NCBI GenBank assembly: GCA_963667015.2
Contig: CAXXJJ010000004.1
Coordinates: 2,496,001-2,560,000, forward strand
Length of the DNA stretch: 64,000 nt
Direction of reading: 5' to 3'
Origin: Desulfatiglandales bacterium
GTDB lineage: Bacteria > Desulfobacterota > DSM-4660 > Desulfatiglandales > HGW-15
In this document: piece by piece, positions 59,931-64,000 of the stretch
Numbering within the stretch: position 1 is the stretch's first letter
Layout: the number at the start of each line of letters is the position of its first letter
Program-made: the position numbers and the translations under genes
The notes under the pieces: model-generated
What the model was told of the DNA's origin: nothing
Database searches by the model: none
What the model saw: the letters and a program-made list of their open reading frames with translations, nothing else

Positions 59931-60074
59931 AAAAAAGGCCACGACGTCGTGTGCCATACATGACACAAGGGACCTTCGTGGCCTTTAATACAGTTTATTT
60001 TTTCGTCAGATAAAGAATGGCTGTAAGAAACTATCCAGCATTCATCAAATAATATATCAACACAGCTTCTGCTG
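59931..60074 (-). promoter_or_regulatory. Dual-hairpin attenuator leader, copy C
   Basis: CAGC-AGAA-GCTG; GGCC-ACGAA-GGTC ... TCGTGGCC-T6. Confidence 0.75.
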
Positions 60075-60087
60075 CTGAAGATAAAAG

Positions 60088-60717
60088 CTATATTTTATCT
60101 TCGTCTTTTCGGAGATAATATTCAATGAACCATTGGCTAACCCATTCTCCATCGATTTTTTGATAATTATTAATTACTTCTTTTTCCAGCAATTTACTGC
60201 CTTTTATTTCATCATCAATTTCATTTTCTTCATGATATGTATGTATGATACCATCATTTGAATCTTTAAATGTGTCCTTTTCGATTTCTATTCCTGATCC
60301 ATATCCGCAGTCTTTCTTATGTAATAAATTGAAGTAGATTATACCGCCTGGTTCTGCTACCCTCGTCATTTCATTTATACTTATAAGAATATCAGGTTTG
60401 CTCATATGGAATATCGAATTATACGAATAAACCGCGCCAAATAATTTATTGCCATATTCAATATTCCTCATGTCACCGTGTTTTATTTCCATGGTACACT
60501 TTCTCTTACAACAAAAGCGAGCCGATTTTTCTATAGATTCTTTATCAATATCTATACCGTGGGCCTGATAACCATGAGTATAAAAGATATAACAGGGAGG
60601 ATTATCGCCTCCTGCACCACAATCAAGAACTTTATTTTGGACTGCATACTTTTCCGAATAGTACAGAATCTTGTAGATTGAGACTGCTCTCGTCAAAAAT
60701 AAATTATTCACATTCAT
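60088..60717 (-). CDS. Class I SAM-dependent methyltransferase
   Basis: VLDCGAGG, GDMR, YSYNSIFH and RV..PGG motifs. Confidence 0.9.
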   Translation of the reverse strand: MNVNNLFLTRAVSIYKILYYSEKYAVQNKVLDCGAGGDNPPCYIFYTHGYQAHGIDIDKESIEKSARFCCKRKCTMEIKHGDMRNIEYGNKLFGAVYSYNSIFHMSKPDILISINEMTRVAEPGGIIYFNLLHKKDCGYGSGIEIEKDTFKDSNDGIIHTYHEENEIDDEIKGSKLLEKEVINNYQKIDGEWVSQWFIEYYLRKDEDKI

Positions 60718-60741
60718 CCGACAGTAACCGCTTATGTTTGA

Positions 60742-60930
60742 TCAGGATTCAAATAGAATCCTGTGATCAACCAGGTTCATTTCTTTTATCCGGGCTTTTA
60801 CTTTTTTCTGTTCACCGAATATATTTTCCATAAACCAGACCCCTTCTTCTTCGGGCCTGAGGATATCCACAGATTCCATTATCAGGCTTTCCTCACCATT
60901 ATTAAGAAAATATGCACTAGCTTCACACAT
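60742..60930 (-). CDS. cooT: CooT family nickel-binding protein
   Basis: MCE..AY...E..IME.V...NIFGEQK......L..H.I. Confidence 0.88.
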   Translation of the reverse strand: MCEASAYFLNNGEESLIMESVDILRPEEEGVWFMENIFGEQKKVKARIKEMNLVDHRILFES

Positions 60931-60997
60931 TTTAAAAACCTCCTTTACTAATGTTACGCCTTTTCAAAATGGATAACCAAATTTAAATTTCAAAAAC

Positions 60998-61144
60998 AAA
61001 AAAGGCCGCGAAAGGATGTGATTCAACACCATCACCGACCTTCGTGGCCTTTAAAAAAGTTTCGTTTCTAAAATATTTACAGCATCTTCATGATGCTTTG
61101 ATTCAATTATCATATATTTAATTCTTTACATTCTCTATTGTCAA
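60998..61144 (-). promoter_or_regulatory. Promoter + dual-hairpin attenuator leader, copy D
   Basis: TTGACA at 61144-61139; AGCATC-ATGAA-GATGCT; GGCC-ACGAA-GGTC ... TTCGCGGCC-T6. Confidence 0.75.
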
Positions 61145-61214
61145 GGCAAAATACTGATGATTTTGTTCAGGAAATAAAAATTAATCTTAAAGGGACTATA
61201 TAATTTCCTGATGA

Positions 61215-61571
61215 TCAGTTTTTCCTGAGATAATATCCAATGAACCACTGGTTAACCCATTTTCCATCTATTTTTCGATAATTATTTACTATCTCTTTCT
61301 CCATTAATTCACTGCCGGTTAATTCAGCGTCAATTTCATTTTCTTCATGATAAGTATATATTATGCCATCATTCTTATCTTTAAATGTATCCTTTTCTAT
61401 TTCAATTCCCGATCCATATCCACAGTCTTTCTTATGTAATAAATTGAAGTAGATGATACCGCCTGGCTCCACAACTCTTGTCATTTCATTTATACTTTTA
61501 AAAATATCCACGAATTCCATTACCAGGCTTTCCTTGCCACTTTTCAGAAAATCAGTATTCGCTTCACACAT
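61215..61571 (-). pseudogene. Chimeric ORF: CooT N-terminus fused to a methyltransferase C-terminus
   Basis: Residues 1-23 match CooT; SINEMTRV...YYLRK matches the C-terminal half of 60088-60717. Confidence 0.8.
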
Positions 61572-61986
61572 TTTTTAAAATCTTTTTAATAAGATCCACT
61601 GTTTTTTCAACCATGTGCGGTAATGGTTCTTTTATAACACCTATTATTTCAACGGATTCCTGTGTAAAGGGCAGTAATATTTTACAGGCACTGCTCGACA
61701 TAACAGCCTCGGCAATTTCAGTAGTTACCTCTCCCATCATGGCATTGGGCCAGGTTATCCCCACAGGCCCTGTTATGATGTCAGCATATTTCACCATCCT
61801 GCATATTGAATTTTCACCGGTCGCAGCCTGGTTAGCCCCTGCCTTCAGCATGGCAGCACTGGCAGTATCGTTTGTACCCAGAGCAACCAATGTCACGGTT
61901 TCGCCGAGAACATTTCTTATATATTTAATGACAGTGGCGCCGATTCCGCCTCCCTGTCCATCAATAACACATATTTTTTTAGACAT
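61564..61986 (-). CDS. DUF3842 family protein
   Basis: I.VIDGQGGGIG, ALGTN..A...MLKAGA...ATGEN and M.GEVT motifs. Confidence 0.88.
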   Translation of the reverse strand: MSKKICVIDGQGGGIGATVIKYIRNVLGETVTLVALGTNDTASAAMLKAGANQAATGENSICRMVKYADIITGPVGITWPNAMMGEVTTEIAEAVMSSSACKILLPFTQESVEIIGVIKEPLPHMVEKTVDLIKKILKNV

Positions 61987-61987
61987 T

Positions 61988-62812
61988 TCATCTATCTTTC
62001 GTGTGCCAGATAATTGCATTTACTCTCTCGCCGCCCTCCATGGAAAACCTCCCTGATGGCAATTTAGTGAGTTTATTTTCAAGATATCTTTGCAGCCTAT
62101 CCAGTTTACCCGGCATAGCGCCTATTCGCTCGGCCCAAATACTTACTGCATGATTCATATCATCATATAATATTTCACTTCTTGATTTTGTAATATGGAC
62201 ATTAGCGTAAATACCCATAAGGAAAAGGATATTATACAGGTGCCTGTAATCAGGACCGGAGGATGGCGGATCAATACCCATCAACTCTGCGGCCTCACGG
62301 TATGTTTCTCCATAACCGTTTATTCCATGAGTAAGCACAAGCAGTCTTTCAGCCTTTTCGATCATCTTTTTTAATGCCTTTTCTATCTCATAGAAAACAT
62401 AAAGGCAGCCGGCGGCAAAGACAACATCATGCGCTTCTGTTTCGACCTCCTCCCACTTTGCCTGTATTATCTCCACATTTTTAATATGTTCCCGGTCAAG
62501 GTTATTTTTCAGGACCCTGATCATTGAAGGAGAAGGCTCTACGACTGTCACTTTCTTTACTTTTTTAGCTATATATTTAGTAAAAATACCTGTGCCGGCA
62601 CCTATCTCAAGTACAGTCATGTCTCTATCGAAAAGATCGTTCACCAACCCGAGTTCTGCTTCAGGCCCTTTTCCCCCTGTTCTTCTCTGATCATAATTCT
62701 CCGCATATCTTGACCAGTATGACTCTTCCTGATCATACATCACAGCCTTATATAAAAATGATGTATCCTGTAGCCTTTTCCATTCCTCAATAGGGTTCAT
62801 ATTATCTTTCAT
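61988..62812 (-). CDS. Class I SAM-dependent methyltransferase
   Basis: VLEIGAGTG, VEPS..M and KWEE motifs. Confidence 0.9.
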   Translation of the reverse strand: MKDNMNPIEEWKRLQDTSFLYKAVMYDQEESYWSRYAENYDQRRTGGKGPEAELGLVNDLFDRDMTVLEIGAGTGIFTKYIAKKVKKVTVVEPSPSMIRVLKNNLDREHIKNVEIIQAKWEEVETEAHDVVFAAGCLYVFYEIEKALKKMIEKAERLLVLTHGINGYGETYREAAELMGIDPPSSGPDYRHLYNILFLMGIYANVHITKSRSEILYDDMNHAVSIWAERIGAMPGKLDRLQRYLENKLTKLPSGRFSMEGGERVNAIIWHTKDR

Positions 62813-62820
62813 TTTAATCG

Positions 62821-63627
62821 CTATGCCGGAATTTCAAAACAGTAGGATGCCCAGTAGCTTTCCCAGTCTCTCTCGTCATCCGGCGTGCATGGATAGATGT
62901 TAACAATTCTGATAAGCCAGATACCCGGAGTAGATAAAGGAAAACTTACAATCCCATGCTCATTTGTTTTTTCGGTATACTTCAATAACTCTCCATCACC
63001 CAGATTGTATGCTGTCAGATGTCTGTTTTTTAACGGTTTATTTTCAAAAATGACTTTTGCTTCAAGATTTTCTCCCTTTTTTAGATCAAAGGGATTACTT
63101 AGCAGGACAATCTCCAGTTTCTGGCCTGTCACCTGATTATATAACCTGTTTTCATCATTATCTTCAACACTTACAAGGGCCTTCATGCACCTTGCATATC
63201 GTTCTTTCTGTTTATAATCAGGTGTAGATTTTTCCAGTAATGAAATGTAGTCTGTATTATTTTCATGCCCGAGATAGGAAGTAAACTGTTCCTTTGTGAG
63301 TTCAATATCAGTAAAATCCTTGTCCACTGCTATGAGTCCCTGTCCTATAAAGTCGGTTTTATATTGTAACAGAGGCATACCTTCTTCTGAAAGAGGCAAA
63401 AGATCTGTTCTGCCTGAAGATGAAAAAATATCCATTCTGGTTATAGCCTTTTTTTCAAAGGGCAGTTCCTTCTGTGACTTATTGCGATGACCTGTAAAAA
63501 GACGTGCAAAAATAAGGGCTTCCAGGCCCAGCCTGAAGTTGTCCGGCTGGACCCAGCAGTCATGGGCAGAAGCGGTTGATGTAAATCCTAAGACCATTAT
63601 TAATGTAAAGAATAATATATTGAGCAT
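62821..63627 (-). CDS. DUF4198 periplasmic protein (Ni/Co-uptake associated)
   Basis: Signal peptide with mature N-terminal His (SAHDCW); G..LEI....NP and T...G...F...G.W motifs. Confidence 0.8.
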   Translation of the reverse strand: MLNILFFTLIMVLGFTSTASAHDCWVQPDNFRLGLEALIFARLFTGHRNKSQKELPFEKKAITRMDIFSSSGRTDLLPLSEEGMPLLQYKTDFIGQGLIAVDKDFTDIELTKEQFTSYLGHENNTDYISLLEKSTPDYKQKERYARCMKALVSVEDNDENRLYNQVTGQKLEIVLLSNPFDLKKGENLEAKVIFENKPLKNRHLTAYNLGDGELLKYTEKTNEHGIVSFPLSTPGIWLIRIVNIYPCTPDDERDWESYWASYCFEIPA

Positions 63628-63663
63628 TGTTTTTCTCCTTATATAAGGTTAAATACTGTTAAT

Positions 63664-64000
63664 CTATTTCCGGCTGTAACCTATTGGTATCACACAGGGC
63701 CTGCCTGACTCTTCCCTTACTGCAGCGATAACGCCGTATACCGACAATATGATCTCCTTAGTCACGACCTCTGCCGAACTGCCGGCACTGTAAATGGTGC
63801 CCTCTTTCATCATTATTATCTTATCTGCATATCTGGACGCCAGGTTAAGGTCATGCACCACCATAATTACTGATAATTTTCTCTCAGCTACCAGATCTTT
63901 TAAAAGTTCCATGACCTCAAGCTGGTGCTTTAAATCAAGGTTTGAAGTCGGCTCATCCAGCAATAAAATATCCGGTTCCTGGGCAAGCGCCCTGGATATG
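63664..64000 (-). CDS. ABC ATPase, iron-siderophore/cobalamin type (partial, C-terminus)
   Basis: ARALAQEP.ILLLDEPTSNLD and HDLNLA motifs. Confidence 0.9.
   Translation of the reverse strand, partial: ISRALAQEPDILLLDEPTSNLDLKHQLEVMELLKDLVAERKLSVIMVVHDLNLASRYADKIIMMKEGTIYSAGSSAEVVTKEIILSVYGVIAAVREESGRPCVIPIGYSRK

Noticed and set aside
46791..61097. Leader motif as a cobalamin, NiCo, Moco or T-box element
   Set aside because: No B12 box or GGGAA/GCCACTG core, no four-way junction, no GGTGGTACC T-box; conservation is confined to two small hairpins and the terminator

Overview
About 64 kb from an anaerobic bacterium; gene content suggests Desulfobacterota (Deltaproteobacteria), which is inferred. 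1-11.5 kb is housekeeping: GAF histidine kinase, rhaD, PBP1A, an ornithine-cyclodeaminase-family gene, S41 peptidase, sdhAB and an MFS transporter. 11.5-46.5 kb is an accessory/defence region. It has seven toxin-antitoxin loci (one with a deleted antitoxin), an ISL3, and an integrase-less attC cassette array (Shedu, HNH nuclease, unknown gene). A tyrosine-recombinase + IS91-type HUH transposase unit with its own attC has inserted into that array. The region also holds a Tat-exported AprAB-like pair, a UGSC-family protein with Leu at the Sec position, a promoter-like module repeated six times, and ~31-bp elements nested inside each other. 46.7-64 kb is a metal (probably Ni/Co) uptake and handling region: TonB receptor, Nik/Opp ABC transporter, FmdE, CooT, DUF3842, DUF4198 and several SAM methyltransferases. 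Four leaders there share a two-hairpin + intrinsic-terminator RNA motif with covariation, resembling ANTAR antitermination but with non-canonical loops; this is the best candidate for an undescribed system. No rRNA, tRNA or CRISPR array was seen. All family calls are by-eye motif recognition, not database searches.
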